A stretch of DNA of 60,147 bases, the filler included. It is 5 parts of 5 records of this genome, joined end to end, with 100 filler letters (N's around TTAATTAATTAA, not from the genome) between each part and the next. Parts side by side here need not be neighbours in the genome. Positions count along the whole stretch, not along the records: positions 23,027 to 37,587 come from DRR723986_9016; positions 37,688 to 45,215 come from DRR723986_9021; 3 more parts are not named here. The stretch is one strand, 5' to 3'. A program made the translations under genes and the position numbers. The first letter of the stretch is position 1, and each line of letters begins with the position of its first letter. Shown here one piece after another: positions 28,389 to 40,336 of this stretch. Below the pieces are notes generated by a model. That model did no database searches. It was not told where the DNA came from and was given only the letters and a program-made list of their open reading frames with translations.

Positions 28389-29429
28389 TTAGGGCAACAG
28401 CGCGACACCGTCCAGGCCCGCAGACTCATCCAAGCCGAACATCAGGTTCATATTTTGGATGGCCTGGCCCGAAGCACCTTTTACGAGGTTGTCGATCACT
28501 GACAGCACCACCAGGGTGTTGCGGTTTTGCGGGCGATGCAGCGCAATGCGGCAGGTATTTACACCGCGCACTGTCCTTGTTTGCGGCAGACTTCCCAGCG
28601 GCATTACGTCGACAAAGGGCGCATCGGCATAGCGCTTTTCGTACATAAATTGCAGCTCGTCCAAACCCACGGCGGGGTCCAACAGCTCTGAGTACAAAGT
28701 GGCGTGGATACCGCGCACTTGTGGCAACAAATGCGGTGTGAAGGTCAACTGCACGGGCTTGCCAGATGCCGACGACAACTCCTGCTCAATCTCAGGTAAA
28801 TGGCGGTGGCCCGCCACGCCATAGGCTTTAAAGCTACCATCTAACTCGGCAAACAAGGTATCCACCTTCGCCTGCCGGCCAGCGCCACTCACCCCAGACG
28901 CCGCACTAGCAATAAGCCGCTGATCGTCAATTAGCTGCTGCTCAAGTAGTGGCAAAAACCCTAACTCCACCGCCGTTGGGTAACACCCCGGGCAGGCGAT
29001 CAAGCGCGCGCCTTTTATCGCGTCGCCGTTGCGCTCTGGCAACCCGTACACCGCCTCGGCGAGCAACTCGGGGCAGGCGTGCTCTTCGTTGTACCATTGT
29101 GACCACAACGCGGCATCGCGGATACGGAAGTCGGCCGACAAATCAATCACCCGCGTGCCGCCAGCAAGCAGCTCGGGCACCAGCTGCATTGCGACGTTGT
29201 GGGGGGTCGCGAAGAACACAACGTCACAGGAAGACAGTGCTGCCACATCAGGCACTGAGAAGGCGAGATCACAAACACCGCGCAAACTTGGAAAGAGCTG
29301 ATCAACCGGCACGCCGTCTTCGGCCCTTGAGGTAATCATTGCCACTTCAGCATTGGGGTGGGCGGCAATAAGGCGCAGCAGCTCCGCACCGGTATACCCC
29401 GTTCCACCAACAATCCCAACCTTTAACAC
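28389..29429 (-). CDS. argC: N-acetyl-gamma-glutamyl-phosphate reductase
   Basis: [42 protein letters not shown]. Confidence 0.97.
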   Translation of the reverse strand: MLKVGIVGGTGYTGAELLRLIAAHPNAEVAMITSRAEDGVPVDQLFPSLRGVCDLAFSVPDVAALSSCDVVFFATPHNVAMQLVPELLAGGTRVIDLSADFRIRDAALWSQWYNEEHACPELLAEAVYGLPERNGDAIKGARLIACPGCYPTAVELGFLPLLEQQLIDDQRLIASAASGVSGAGRQAKVDTLFAELDGSFKAYGVAGHRHLPEIEQELSSASGKPVQLTFTPHLLPQVRGIHATLYSELLDPAVGLDELQFMYEKRYADAPFVDVMPLGSLPQTRTVRGVNTCRIALHRPQNRNTLVVLSVIDNLVKGASGQAIQNMNLMFGLDESAGLDGVALLP

Positions 29430-29444
29430 GGGCCTATCTCCTAT

Positions 29445-30845
29445 TCACTTATCTGTCGTCGATGAAGTATTGCTAGCGACCTCATCATCTTGCTTGCTTT
29501 TGAGCAAATGCTCCCAACTGCGAACTAAATCCTGTGCGAGCACGTGGTATACCGGCTGCGGCATTACCAGCTTTGAAACGACCGTTGCCGCTAATGCACT
29601 CACCATTAAGGCCGGTAGTATATCGTGATTATTCCCTGTTAACTCTAAAACAATCACGAAGGCGGTGATTGGCCGCTGCACCACACCAGCGAAATAGCTC
29701 GCCATGCCGACGAGTATCAATGCTGTCGCCTGCACATTGGGGAAGAGGCTCGTCATCGATGCACCCAACTCCGCCCCCGCCGCCAAGCTGGGCGAAAAGA
29801 TCCCGCCGGGAATACCACTGAAATAGGTAAGCATCGTCGCCAGAATCCGGCCAAACGCCGTCCACCAACTGCCCTCCGCTTGCTGAGCCAGCAGCGCTTT
29901 TGCCTCCACGTAGCCACTACCCATGGTCGCGCCGCCGGATACCAACCCCATCAGCGCCAACACCACGCCAATCACCATTGCCACTCGCATTGGTCGCGCT
30001 CGCACCAAAGGCGCCACCGCACGACTTCCTTCGACCAAAAAGAAACTGAACAGACCACCGAGTAATCCGCAGACGACACTGGCAGCAATAATGAAGGGAT
30101 AGTCTTCAAACGGCATCGCGGCGACATCTGGCACGCCGAAGTAACTGTAGTGACCAGCAAACATGAGCACGACAACACCCGAGAGGATGATTGCCATAAT
30201 CAACGTCCCCGTTGTGCGCGCCTCCATCGACTGCTGCAGTTCTTCGATGGCAAAAACGATACCGGCCAACGGTGCATTGAACGCAGCAGACACTCCAGCG
30301 GCACCCCCGGCCACAATCAGGCTGCTTTCAATTTGTTTTTGCTTCAACTTTGCCCAATGACCAAATTGATACATTAGCGCGGCGCCAACATGTACGCTGG
30401 GACCCTCACGCCCCACTGTTGCCCCCAACAGCAACGCGGCACAGGTTAGCAGTACTTTTAATATCGCGACCGGCAGCGATAGGAAGGGGCCTCGAAGCCA
30501 GTGATAACTCTGTTTGTGCACCAACAGCACCTGCGGTATCCCACTGCCTCGCGACGCCTTGGCCAAGCGGTTCATCAACCACACAATCGCCATCAGGCCG
30601 AGTGGCGTTATCACCAGAAACGCATATGGATACTTTGAGTGCGCGTGCTCAAAAAGAGAAAAACTCTCCTCAGAGAGCCAGGCGAACCCCTGTATCACCA
30701 ACCCCACAGTTAAGGCGCCAAGCCAAAACACCGCACGCATTTTCCAATCTTCCAGCGTACCGAGCTGACGCCGAGTGTGACGACGGTTCAATATCCACCA
30801 CAAACGCAAGCGACGACGAGCGCGAGCAATGATGCTGTATTCCAT
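29445..30845 (-). CDS. CLC-family chloride channel/Cl-:H+ antiporter
   Basis: GSGIP, GREGP, AAFNAPLAG..FAIEEL, GGIFSP; start tentative. Confidence 0.92.
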   Translation of the reverse strand: MEYSIIARARRRLRLWWILNRRHTRRQLGTLEDWKMRAVFWLGALTVGLVIQGFAWLSEESFSLFEHAHSKYPYAFLVITPLGLMAIVWLMNRLAKASRGSGIPQVLLVHKQSYHWLRGPFLSLPVAILKVLLTCAALLLGATVGREGPSVHVGAALMYQFGHWAKLKQKQIESSLIVAGGAAGVSAAFNAPLAGIVFAIEELQQSMEARTTGTLIMAIILSGVVVLMFAGHYSYFGVPDVAAMPFEDYPFIIAASVVCGLLGGLFSFFLVEGSRAVAPLVRARPMRVAMVIGVVLALMGLVSGGATMGSGYVEAKALLAQQAEGSWWTAFGRILATMLTYFSGIPGGIFSPSLAAGAELGASMTSLFPNVQATALILVGMASYFAGVVQRPITAFVIVLELTGNNHDILPALMVSALAATVVSKLVMPQPVYHVLAQDLVRSWEHLLKSKQDDEVASNTSSTTDK

Positions 30846-30977
30846 GCCAATAAAGCCTGCGGGTAATTGCGAGAAGTGAGATAGCAGCCTAGCCAGACTG
30901 CCCAATAAGCGCGCAACTATTGTATGCTAAAGCCACCTACCGCCCAACTGCTGAGTAACATAAGCGAGCCCCACCCC

Positions 30978-31397
30978 ATGCTCTGGTTTAAAGCCCTGCA
31001 TATTATTGCCGTTGTTTGCTGGTTTGCCGGCATATTTTACCTCCCCCGCCTGTTTGTTTATCACGCCATGGCTGAAGACGCCGCCACGCAGCGTCATCTC
31101 TCGACCATGGAGCAAAAGCTCTACCGCTTCGTTAGCCCGTTTGCGATATTGACCGTCATCTTTGGCATCGCCATGATGGCGTACAACCCCAATTACTACC
31201 TGCACGCTGGCTGGCTGTGGCTTAAGCTGGCCTTTGTCGCCTTCTTAATCGTTTACCACCTATACTGCGGCAAACTCGTAAAACGCTTTGCGAATAACGA
31301 GAACCAACGTGGCCACGTGTTTTACCGCTGGTTCAACGAAGCGCCCGTTATTGCGCTGTTCGCTATTGTATTTCTTGTTGTACTCAAACCCTTTTAA
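30978..31397 (+). CDS. hemJ: Protoporphyrinogen oxidase HemJ
   Basis: KALHIIAVVCWFAGIFYLPRLFVYHA, YRWFNEAP, VVLKPF. Confidence 0.9.
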   Translation: MLWFKALHIIAVVCWFAGIFYLPRLFVYHAMAEDAATQRHLSTMEQKLYRFVSPFAILTVIFGIAMMAYNPNYYLHAGWLWLKLAFVAFLIVYHLYCGKLVKRFANNENQRGHVFYRWFNEAPVIALFAIVFLVVLKPF

Positions 31398-31514
31398 AAC
31401 CCGTATACCCAGTGAAGCCGACGACAAGATGTCGCGCTTCCCTAGGAAAAATCGCCCCAAGTCGGGATAATACCCGGCGCTTATCTGCCCAATATTGAGG
31501 TTCTCGCATCCACC

Positions 31515-32798
31515 ATGAGTCGTTCAGAGCAGCTATTCCAGCAAGCCCGCCAACACATCCCCGGCGGTGTAAACAGCCCCGTCAGAGCCTTCAAAGCCGT
31601 TGGCGGCACCCCGCGCTTTATTGAGCGCGCAGAAGGGGCCTATGTCTTTGATGTCGATGGCAAACGCTATATCGACTACGTTCTCTCGTGGGGGCCTATG
31701 CTGCTCGGTCACGCCCACCCCTCAGTGATTACTGCGGTAACGGAACAAATTCAAAAGGGCCTCAGCTTCGGCGCGCCCACCGAAATAGAAACACGACTGG
31801 CAGATCGTCTTTGCGACATCGTTCCCGGCATGGACATGGTGCGCATGGTGAACTCTGGCACCGAGGCGACGATGAGCGCGATACGCCTGGCGCGAGGTGC
31901 CACGGGGCGAGATAAAATTATCAAATTCGAAGGCTGCTACCACGGTCACTCCGACTCCCTGCTAATCAAAGCTGGCTCTGGAGCACTGACCTTTGGCGTA
32001 CCCAGCTCACCAGGGGTACCGGCCGCACTCGCCGAGCATACCGTCACCCTCAGTTACAACGATATTGAGGGCGTACAAAAGGCGTTTGCTGAGTTTGGCG
32101 ACCAAGTTGCCTGTGTGATCGTTGAGCCCGTCGCGGGCAACATGAACTGCGTTCCCCCGCTGCCCGGCTTCTTAGAGTGCCTGCGCGAGTGTTGCGACGC
32201 TCACCAAAGCCTGCTGATTATCGATGAAGTAATGACCGGCTTCCGCCTTGGCCTCCAAGGCGCTCAAGGCTATTACGGCGTAACAGCAGACATCACCTGC
32301 CTGGGCAAAGTGATCGGCGGCGGCATGCCGGTGGCTGCCTTCGGCGGTCGACGCGACATTATGGAGCAGCTGGCACCCAGCGGCCCCGTCTATCAAGCGG
32401 GAACCCTGTCCGGCAACCCCGCGGCCATGGCCGCCGGTCTGGCGATGATTGACGCCATTTCTCAGCCGGACTTCTACAACATACCCTTCGCTCGCACTGA
32501 CATGCTTATTAATGGCTTACATGCACGCGCTGAAGCGGCTGGCATTCCCCTGAGCAGCAACCATGTTGGCACCATGTTCGGTGTGTTCTTCACCGAAGAG
32601 AAACGCATCAGCAACTACCAGCAGGTCATGGCCTGTGACACCGACCGCTTTAACCGCTTCTTCCACGGCATGCTGGAGGGCGGCGTATACCTCGCCCCAG
32701 CGTCCTATGAAGCAGGCTTTATGTCGGCGGCCCACACTGAGGCCGATATTCAGGAAACGCTGGATGTTGCTGAGCGCGTGTTCGCCAACCTTCGCTGA
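31515..32798 (+). CDS. hemL: Glutamate-1-semialdehyde 2,1-aminomutase
   Basis: [44 protein letters not shown]. Confidence 0.98.
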   Translation: MSRSEQLFQQARQHIPGGVNSPVRAFKAVGGTPRFIERAEGAYVFDVDGKRYIDYVLSWGPMLLGHAHPSVITAVTEQIQKGLSFGAPTEIETRLADRLCDIVPGMDMVRMVNSGTEATMSAIRLARGATGRDKIIKFEGCYHGHSDSLLIKAGSGALTFGVPSSPGVPAALAEHTVTLSYNDIEGVQKAFAEFGDQVACVIVEPVAGNMNCVPPLPGFLECLRECCDAHQSLLIIDEVMTGFRLGLQGAQGYYGVTADITCLGKVIGGGMPVAAFGGRRDIMEQLAPSGPVYQAGTLSGNPAAMAAGLAMIDAISQPDFYNIPFARTDMLINGLHARAEAAGIPLSSNHVGTMFGVFFTEEKRISNYQQVMACDTDRFNRFFHGMLEGGVYLAPASYEAGFMSAAHTEADIQETLDVAERVFANLR

Positions 32799-33833
<1,035 letters not shown>

Positions 33834-33918
33834 TCTTTACCCTGTAACAGGGAGGACTTATGGTTCTAAAACAATAGTTACGCACAACAAGAAATAACGA
33901 CCACAACAGGGGAAGAGC

Positions 33919-34656
33919 ATGATCAACAAAAAATTGATGACCGCAGCAATGCTGGCGACATTCGCGGCCGGCACACAGGCCGACATTCTCGGTGCCACAG
34001 CAGGTGCCTATCAGTGGAAGCAAAGCTGGGAAGGTGACGTTCAATCAGGCCCAGACGCCATCGACATGAACGACGACCTGGGCTACGACGACGAAACGGG
34101 CACCAGTATTTACGTCGCCTTGGAACACCCCATTCCGGTACTCCCTAATATCCGCCTGCAGCGCACCGACCTGGATATTTCTGAGCGCAACAACCTGTCG
34201 CGTACCTTCACGTTCGAAGGAGACGTCTACACCGCGGCTGATACCGTTGACTCAACGACCGACCTCACGCATACCGATGCCACGTTCTACTACGAAGTGT
34301 TGGACAACTGGGTAAACCTGGATGTCGGCCTGACGGTTCGTATGTTCGACGGTGAGGTTCGCCTGGCCACTGCCGGCCGCGAAGGTTCGATCGAGCTGGA
34401 TGCGCCGGTACCGATGCTCTACGGTAACGCACGTTTCAACCTGCCCTTAACTGGCTTGTACGCACAGGCAGTGGGCAATGTGATTAGCTTTGGCGACAAC
34501 AGCGTGACCGACATGGCAGTAGGACTGGGCTACGAAGTGGCTATCGTGTCTCTGGAAGTCGGCTACCGCAACTTTGACGTCTCGCTGGAAGATGACGACG
34601 AAGAAGCCAGTGTGACTGTCGATGGCATTTACTTTGGCGTTAACATCGACATCTAA
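33919..34656 (+). CDS. Outer membrane beta-barrel protein (TIGR04219-like)
   Basis: Signal peptide, EHPIPVLPNIRL, DATFYYEVLDN, GYR, GIYFGVNIDI C-terminus. Confidence 0.75.
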   Translation: MINKKLMTAAMLATFAAGTQADILGATAGAYQWKQSWEGDVQSGPDAIDMNDDLGYDDETGTSIYVALEHPIPVLPNIRLQRTDLDISERNNLSRTFTFEGDVYTAADTVDSTTDLTHTDATFYYEVLDNWVNLDVGLTVRMFDGEVRLATAGREGSIELDAPVPMLYGNARFNLPLTGLYAQAVGNVISFGDNSVTDMAVGLGYEVAIVSLEVGYRNFDVSLEDDDEEASVTVDGIYFGVNIDI

Positions 34657-34681
34657 GCCCCGCGGTAAATAGAGGCTTCAC

Positions 34682-34719
34682 AAACGCGCAGTCCGGGGAA
34701 CCGCTGCGCGTTTTTATTT
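34682..34719 (+). terminator. Terminator after OM barrel gene
   Basis: AAACGCGCAG...CTGCGCGTTT followed by TTATTT. Confidence 0.65.
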
Positions 34720-34762
34720 GTCTGATGACCACATAGCCCTGCGATAACCCGAGTACGACAAC

Positions 34763-35389
34763 ATGCTCAGATTATTCGGCCCACTGCTACTCTCATTGCT
34801 AAGCCCATCAGTCCTCGCCTGCGACTGCCTGTGGCAGGGCCCCTTCAAAGCGGTGTACGACAACGCAGACCTGCTAGCGCATGTGCGTGTTGAGGCCACC
34901 AAAGGCAATAGCGCCGACCTCAGGTTATTAGAGACCCTATCCGGAAAAGAGTACCGTGAGAACATTCGCTTGTGGGCAGACACTGGTGAACTCTGCCGCC
35001 CGGAAATCGACCAGTTCAGCGAGGGCAGCGAGTGGGTAATTGCGGCGCAGCGCATCGACACCCCGCCCGAAGATAGCTTTAACCCCTTCAAGCCCAACAT
35101 CAGTTTTGGCCGCCGAGGCGATTACTTTTTGTCCAGCTGCGGCGTATATTGGCTCCCGGTCAAAGGCGGACGCGTCAGTGGCAACATATTAACGGCAACC
35201 CGCTGGCAGTACCTCGACCCAAAAAAAACGCCAGTCATCATGCCCTTGTTTTACCAGTGGCTAAATGGCGAAGTCAGCGACGCCACGTTAAACGAAGCCG
35301 TTCGTCCGCAGCCAGCCTCTCGCCAACTACTTAACGATACAAAGATATTCCTATGGCAGCTTGAGCGGGAGCGGCGCGAGACCGAGTAA
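34763..35389 (+). CDS. Exported hypothetical protein with mature N-terminal Cys-x-Cys (TIMP/NTR-like)
   Basis: Signal peptide ending VLA then CDC; further Cys in LCRPEID and LSSCGVYWL. Confidence 0.65.
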   Translation: MLRLFGPLLLSLLSPSVLACDCLWQGPFKAVYDNADLLAHVRVEATKGNSADLRLLETLSGKEYRENIRLWADTGELCRPEIDQFSEGSEWVIAAQRIDTPPEDSFNPFKPNISFGRRGDYFLSSCGVYWLPVKGGRVSGNILTATRWQYLDPKKTPVIMPLFYQWLNGEVSDATLNEAVRPQPASRQLLNDTKIFLWQLERERRETE

Positions 35390-35959
35390 CTCGTCCAGCA
35401 TCGCCAGGGACATTCCCCATATCCGCCGACCACCAAAAAAGTAGCAGGGTAAATTCAACGCCAGCTTTCCCCTGCGCCACTCCATTCGCTCGCGGTTACT
35501 GTGGTCCATTAAAAATGCCAGTGGCACCCATACCGCTTCGGCCACTTCGTGATTGGGGGTAATGCCCACCGGCGTATGCAAGCGGTAAACGTAGGGCGAA
35601 ACCACCATTGGCCGGCGCCCGGAATGAGGCCTGCTGACCAAGTCCGACAGTCGGCCAATGCAATGACCGGCCTTTTCCAAATCGACACCCAGCTCTTCCA
35701 AGGTTTCGCGCTCTGCAGTGCGAATGCCCGTTATGTCATCTGGATCCATGCGCCCACCGGGAAAACCCATGTGACCGGACCAGGGGTCGCCCTCCCTTTC
35801 GGCCCGCTTTATCATCAAAACCTCTAACTCATCAGCATGCTCGCGAAGCACAAGCGCCACCGCCGAGCGCTTAACCCAACGACGCCACCAGCGGCGGCGC
35901 GGGCGCGATGCGCTAAGTGCCGACATGAGATGTTTCAGGGTTAATTTGCTGCCTTTCAC
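35351..35959 (-). CDS. Nudix hydrolase, CoA pyrophosphatase-like
   Basis: WSGHMGFPGG...TAERETLEELG Nudix box, NHEVAEAVWVPL, IWGMS. Confidence 0.85.
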   Translation of the reverse strand: MKGSKLTLKHLMSALSASRPRRRWWRRWVKRSAVALVLREHADELEVLMIKRAEREGDPWSGHMGFPGGRMDPDDITGIRTAERETLEELGVDLEKAGHCIGRLSDLVSRPHSGRRPMVVSPYVYRLHTPVGITPNHEVAEAVWVPLAFLMDHSNRERMEWRRGKLALNLPCYFFGGRRIWGMSLAMLDELLGLAPLPLKLP

Positions 35960-35986
35960 CGTTTTCAGCCTCGCGTTTCCCAGAAC

Positions 35987-37141
35987 TTAGCCATAAAGGC
36001 GTTGCAAGCGATCTACCGCTTTTTCCAGTTGCGCCATACTGGTGGTATAGGCAAACCTAACATGCTTCTCTGCACCGTAACGGCCGAAGTCTGCCCCCGG
36101 TGTTATTGCAATGCCGTGCTCCTCGAGTAATTCCAGGCAAAATTGCTGGCTGTCCTCGGCAAACCGGTCAATGCCCGCGTAAAGGTAGAACGCCCCAGCG
36201 GGACAATGTGGAATCGAAAAACCGAGGTCGCGCAGCGCTGGGTACAGGAAGTCGCGGCGACGGGCAAACTCGTCTCGACGCGCATCCAGAATCACTCTGC
36301 TTTCAGGGGCAAACGCTGCCAAAGCGCCGTACTGCCCCATCGTCGACATGGAAATAAATAAATTCTGCGCGAGCTTCTCTAAATGAGGCACTGCCCACTC
36401 CGGCGCCACCAGCCAGCCCAGCCGCCAGCCGGTCATACCAAAGTATTTTGAGAAACTGTTGATCACAAAGGCCTCGTCGGTAATCGACAAGACACTCGGT
36501 GCCGCCTCGCCAAAACTCAGGCCATGATAAATTTCATCAACAACGAGGTGGCCGTTGCGCTGTTTGCAGAGCGTATGCAGATCGCGCAATTGGCTGGCGC
36601 TCAGTATCTCGCCACTCGGGTTGGCGGGCGAGGCCACCATCACCCCGCAGGTATTGGGGCGCCAGTGCTGCTCGGCAAGTTGCGCATCGAGCTGGTAACG
36701 CTGCTCGGGACCAACCGGCACCAATTGGCCCTCACCCTCGACCAAGCGCAGGAAGTGACGATTACAGGGGTAGCCTGGATCGGTCATCAACATTCCCTCA
36801 CCAGGATTGACCAGCAGGCCCGCCAGCAACATCAGCGCTCCACTCGCGCCCGGCGTGATCATAATTCGCTGCGGGTCGATATCCAATCCGTAGTCACTGC
36901 GGTAACAGTCTGACAGTGCCTGGCGCAGCTGAGGAATTCCCGCAGCGGGACTGTACTGAGTCTCGCCCCGCGCCAACGCCTGCTGCGCAGCGACAACAAT
37001 GGGCTCTGCCGTTGTGAAGTCAGGCTCACCGGCCGCCATGTGAACAATATCCTCACCGGCCTGCTGCAGGGCCTTGGCGCGAGTGAGAACCTCTACAACA
37101 CGAAACGGTTCAATATCAGCGAGACGATCCGCGAAACGCAT
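35987..37141 (-). CDS. PLP-dependent aminotransferase class I/II
   Basis: GEPDF, SPANPSG, VDEIYHGL, NSFSKYFGMTGWRLGW; GGAGG SD before ATG 37141. Confidence 0.93.
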   Translation of the reverse strand: MRFADRLADIEPFRVVEVLTRAKALQQAGEDIVHMAAGEPDFTTAEPIVVAAQQALARGETQYSPAAGIPQLRQALSDCYRSDYGLDIDPQRIMITPGASGALMLLAGLLVNPGEGMLMTDPGYPCNRHFLRLVEGEGQLVPVGPEQRYQLDAQLAEQHWRPNTCGVMVASPANPSGEILSASQLRDLHTLCKQRNGHLVVDEIYHGLSFGEAAPSVLSITDEAFVINSFSKYFGMTGWRLGWLVAPEWAVPHLEKLAQNLFISMSTMGQYGALAAFAPESRVILDARRDEFARRRDFLYPALRDLGFSIPHCPAGAFYLYAGIDRFAEDSQQFCLELLEEHGIAITPGADFGRYGAEKHVRFAYTTSMAQLEKAVDRLQRLYG

Positions 37142-37341
37142 TACCACAACGACCTCCAGTCCGTTTTTCAGCCCCCTAGTGTAACAGCGCCCCTCACCCA
37201 CCGGCAGCGCTACATCGCTTTCTGCGCGTTTTTCTGTAGCACCAACTACACTTATCTGGTAGTTTTGCCGGTTTGGCGGCACAGCGTCGCGCGCACATCC
37301 GCGGTCTGCGGTTAACGGCTTGTTAATAAAGAGGGCCAAGC

Positions 37342-37587
37342 ATGCCTGCAAAGGACACAGCACAAGAAAGCCTTAAGTCATTTGTTCCCTACGTTCCCAA
37401 AAAGGGCGAGGAATACATGAACGAGGCGCAAAAAGATCATTTCCGTAAAATCCTGTTCAGCTGGAAGGCCGAACTGATGGAGGAAGTTGATCGCACGGTA
37501 ACTCACATGAAAGACGAGGCGGCGAACTTCCCCGATCCCGCCGACCGCGCCACCCAAGAAGAAGAGTTCAGCCTGGAACTTCGCACC
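37342..37587 (+). CDS. dksA: RNA polymerase-binding protein DksA (3'-truncated)
   Basis: EEYMNEAQKDHFRKIL...NFPDPADRATQEEEFSLELRT. Confidence 0.95.
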
Positions 37588-37687
37588 NNNNNNNNNNNNN
37601 NNNNNNNNNNNNNNNNNNNNNNNNNNNNNNNTTAATTAATTAANNNNNNNNNNNNNNNNNNNNNNNNNNNNNNNNNNNNNNNNNNNN
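37588..37687. other. Artificial contig linker
   Basis: N44-TTAATTAATTAA-N44. Confidence 0.98.
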
Positions 37688-37895
37688 CCGTCAGCGTGGC
37701 GCCAAACCCGCCGCGCCCATAGCCCACATTCACGGGCTTGGCGATCGCGGCGATGTCCTGCCCGACGATTTCGGACCAGTGGGTCAACAGCCGAGACACC
37801 GCAAAGCCACGGCTTTCACCGGCGCGCCGGATCTGGTCGTTCAACAGCATCGATGTGCGTTTGAACCCGCGGGTTGAGGATCGTCTAGGCTTCAT
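37688..37895 (-). CDS. DUF721/DciA-family protein (3'-truncated)
   Basis: RGFAVSRLLTHWSEIVG..IA..AKP; divergent from mutY as in many alphaproteobacteria. Confidence 0.75.
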
Positions 37896-37975
37896 CTGGT
37901 ATCCGAGTCTTTCGGCGCTATTGTACGGGGCACGCGGTCAGGTGCCAGCGAAACCGAACAGCTAAGGAAAATTAC

Positions 37976-39031
37976 GTGCAATACAACAAACACATTCCCG
38001 TGAGTGACGCGTTGCTGGCGTGGTATGATGTGCATGCACGCGACATGCCATGGCGGGTCAGCCCGGCAGATCGAGCGGCGGGAATTTGCCCAGACCCGTA
38101 TCGAATCTGGATGTCAGAGGTGATGTTGCAGCAAACAACTGTGGCTGCTGTGCGTGATTATTTCCACCGGTTCACGGCGCGGTGGCCCACGGTGCGCGAT
38201 CTGGCCGCCGCCCCTGATGAGCAGGTGATGGGGGAATGGGCGGGCTTGGGTTATTATGCCCGGGCGCGTAATCTGCTGAAATGTGCCCGCGTTGTTGCCA
38301 ATGACTATGACGGGCAGTTTCCTGATACCTATGACGCGTTGCTAACGCTGCCCGGCGTTGGCCCTTATACGGCGGCGGCGATTGCCTCGATCGCGTTTGA
38401 CCGACCTGAAACAGTGTTGGACGGCAATGTCGAACGGGTCATGGCCCGGCTTTTCGACATTCACGACCCGTTGCCTGCGTCCAAGGCGCAGCTCAAGGCG
38501 CGCGCTGGTGAATTGACCCCGCAACTCCGGCCCGGGGATTACGCCCAAGCGGTCATGGATCTGGGCGCAACCATCTGCACCCCCAAATCCCCGGCCTGTG
38601 GGATTTGCCCCCTACGTGATCCTTGTGTGGCGCGCCAAATGGGCACCGCCCCAGAGTTGCCCAAGAAGACCCCGAAAAAGCCAAAGCCCACCCGTTATGG
38701 GCATGTTTATCTCGCGCAACGGGCAGACGGGGCTTGGCTACTGGAACGCCGTCCTGACAAGGGATTGTTGGGCGGCATGCTGGGGTGGCCGGGGTCTGAC
38801 TGGAACGATGCGCCACAGCCCAGTCCCCCTTTTATGGCAGAGTGGCAGGCCCTGAGCAGCGAAGTCCGGCACACGTTCACGCATTTTCATCTGATCCTGA
38901 CCGTGCACAGTGCAGAATTGCCGGATCACATGACGCCCAACGCCCTGCAAATCCTCGACAAACATGACTTTCGCCCCTCTGACCTGCCGACTGTGATGCG
39001 CAAAGCATATGATCTGTGGCGCGGCCAATAG
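37976..39031 (+). CDS. mutY: A/G-specific adenine glycosylase
   Basis: SEVMLQQT, GLGYYARARNL, LPGVGPYTA, DGNVERV, C-X6-C-X2-C-X5-C, HTFTHF. Confidence 0.97.
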   Translation: MQYNKHIPVSDALLAWYDVHARDMPWRVSPADRAAGICPDPYRIWMSEVMLQQTTVAAVRDYFHRFTARWPTVRDLAAAPDEQVMGEWAGLGYYARARNLLKCARVVANDYDGQFPDTYDALLTLPGVGPYTAAAIASIAFDRPETVLDGNVERVMARLFDIHDPLPASKAQLKARAGELTPQLRPGDYAQAVMDLGATICTPKSPACGICPLRDPCVARQMGTAPELPKKTPKKPKPTRYGHVYLAQRADGAWLLERRPDKGLLGGMLGWPGSDWNDAPQPSPPFMAEWQALSSEVRHTFTHFHLILTVHSAELPDHMTPNALQILDKHDFRPSDLPTVMRKAYDLWRGQ

Positions 39032-39094
39032 CCCCCTTGGGCGACCGCTTAGAATGAAGGTAGAGTGCGCCCAATCAGGTGTGGAGACCAAACA

Positions 39095-40228
39095 ATGATT
39101 GCTCCTGAAATCCTAACACGTTGGCAAAGCGCGCTGCCGTTTTGGATCTCGTTTCTGCTGATCCCCTTGGTGTGGGTCACCGCCACGCTGGGTGGCTGGT
39201 GGCTTATTGCTGTGCCCCTGACGACCTGGTGGGCCTTTGCGATTCTGGATTATCTGACCGGACTTAATCTGGACAATGCTGATACGGAAACACCGGACAA
39301 AGACTTGGGTTGGTACATCAGTCTTACGCAGGCTTGGGTGCCGCTGCAAGTCCTGACCGTGTTTGGTCTGATCGCCTATGCAACCCAGTCCGGCCACCTG
39401 TCCAGCGGCGAAAAGATCGCGTTGTTCTTTGGGGTTGGCGTTATTTCGGGCACGATTGGGATCAATTACTCTCATGAATTGATGCACCAGAAAAGCCGCC
39501 GCGAACGCTGGCTTGGCGACATCCTTTTGGCAATGGTGCTATATTCTCATTTCCGATCCGAACATCTGCTGGTGCACCACAGCTATGTTGGCACCCCGCG
39601 GGACCCGGTAACCGCACGCTATAACGAAGGGTTCCATCGGTTTTACCCTCGGGTGCTGTATCAATCTTTGGCTTCGGCGTTTCGGGCAGAGGCCAAGCAA
39701 TTGTCGCGCAGAGGGCAGTCTTGGACCAGCTTTTCCAACCCCTTCTTTCGCTATTGGGCCTTGCAAGGTCTGATGCTGTGTCTCGCCTTTGGCATTGGCG
39801 GGTGGGCCGGTGTGGGGCTGTTCCTGTTTCAGGCTAGCATTGCCATTTGGCAGCTAGAGCTGGTGAACTACGTGGAACACTATGGCCTGACCCGCAAGCA
39901 CTTGGGGGAAGGGAAATATGAACACGTACACCCCCACCATTCCTGGAACGCGGCTCACAAAGCGTCAAACTGGCTGTTGATCAATCTGCAACGCCATTCG
40001 GATCACCACTACAAACCCAATCGCCGGTTTCCCCTGCTGCAAAACCACGCTGAAACCGCTGCACCACAGCTGCCTTATGGCTATCCAGTCATGACGGTTG
40101 CGGCCATGATCCCTCCGCTCTGGCGTCGAGTCATGAATCCCCGTGTGCGGGGATGGCGACGCCAGTACTATCCCGAGATCACCGATTGGAAAGCCTACAA
40201 CAAAGCCAGCAACCCGATGCCACGCTAA
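39095..40228 (+). CDS. alkB: Alkane 1-monooxygenase (AlkB family, non-haem di-iron)
   Basis: HELMH, EHLLVHH, NYVEHYG, LQRHSDHH boxes plus TM helices; GGAGA SD before ATG 39095. Confidence 0.9.
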   Translation: MIAPEILTRWQSALPFWISFLLIPLVWVTATLGGWWLIAVPLTTWWAFAILDYLTGLNLDNADTETPDKDLGWYISLTQAWVPLQVLTVFGLIAYATQSGHLSSGEKIALFFGVGVISGTIGINYSHELMHQKSRRERWLGDILLAMVLYSHFRSEHLLVHHSYVGTPRDPVTARYNEGFHRFYPRVLYQSLASAFRAEAKQLSRRGQSWTSFSNPFFRYWALQGLMLCLAFGIGGWAGVGLFLFQASIAIWQLELVNYVEHYGLTRKHLGEGKYEHVHPHHSWNAAHKASNWLLINLQRHSDHHYKPNRRFPLLQNHAETAAPQLPYGYPVMTVAAMIPPLWRRVMNPRVRGWRRQYYPEITDWKAYNKASNPMPR

Positions 40229-40336
40229 ACGGATACGCGACTGCAGTGTGGGCTTGCCCACACTGCCACGCCCAACGAGAGGCGGTGCCAAAGGCACCAA
40301 CGATAGGCGGGAGCCCTTGTTTATCCGAGCTGTGGA

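Noticed and set aside
34763-35389. Second hemB because of proximity to hemB
   Set aside because: No porphobilinogen synthase motifs, and it has a signal peptide.
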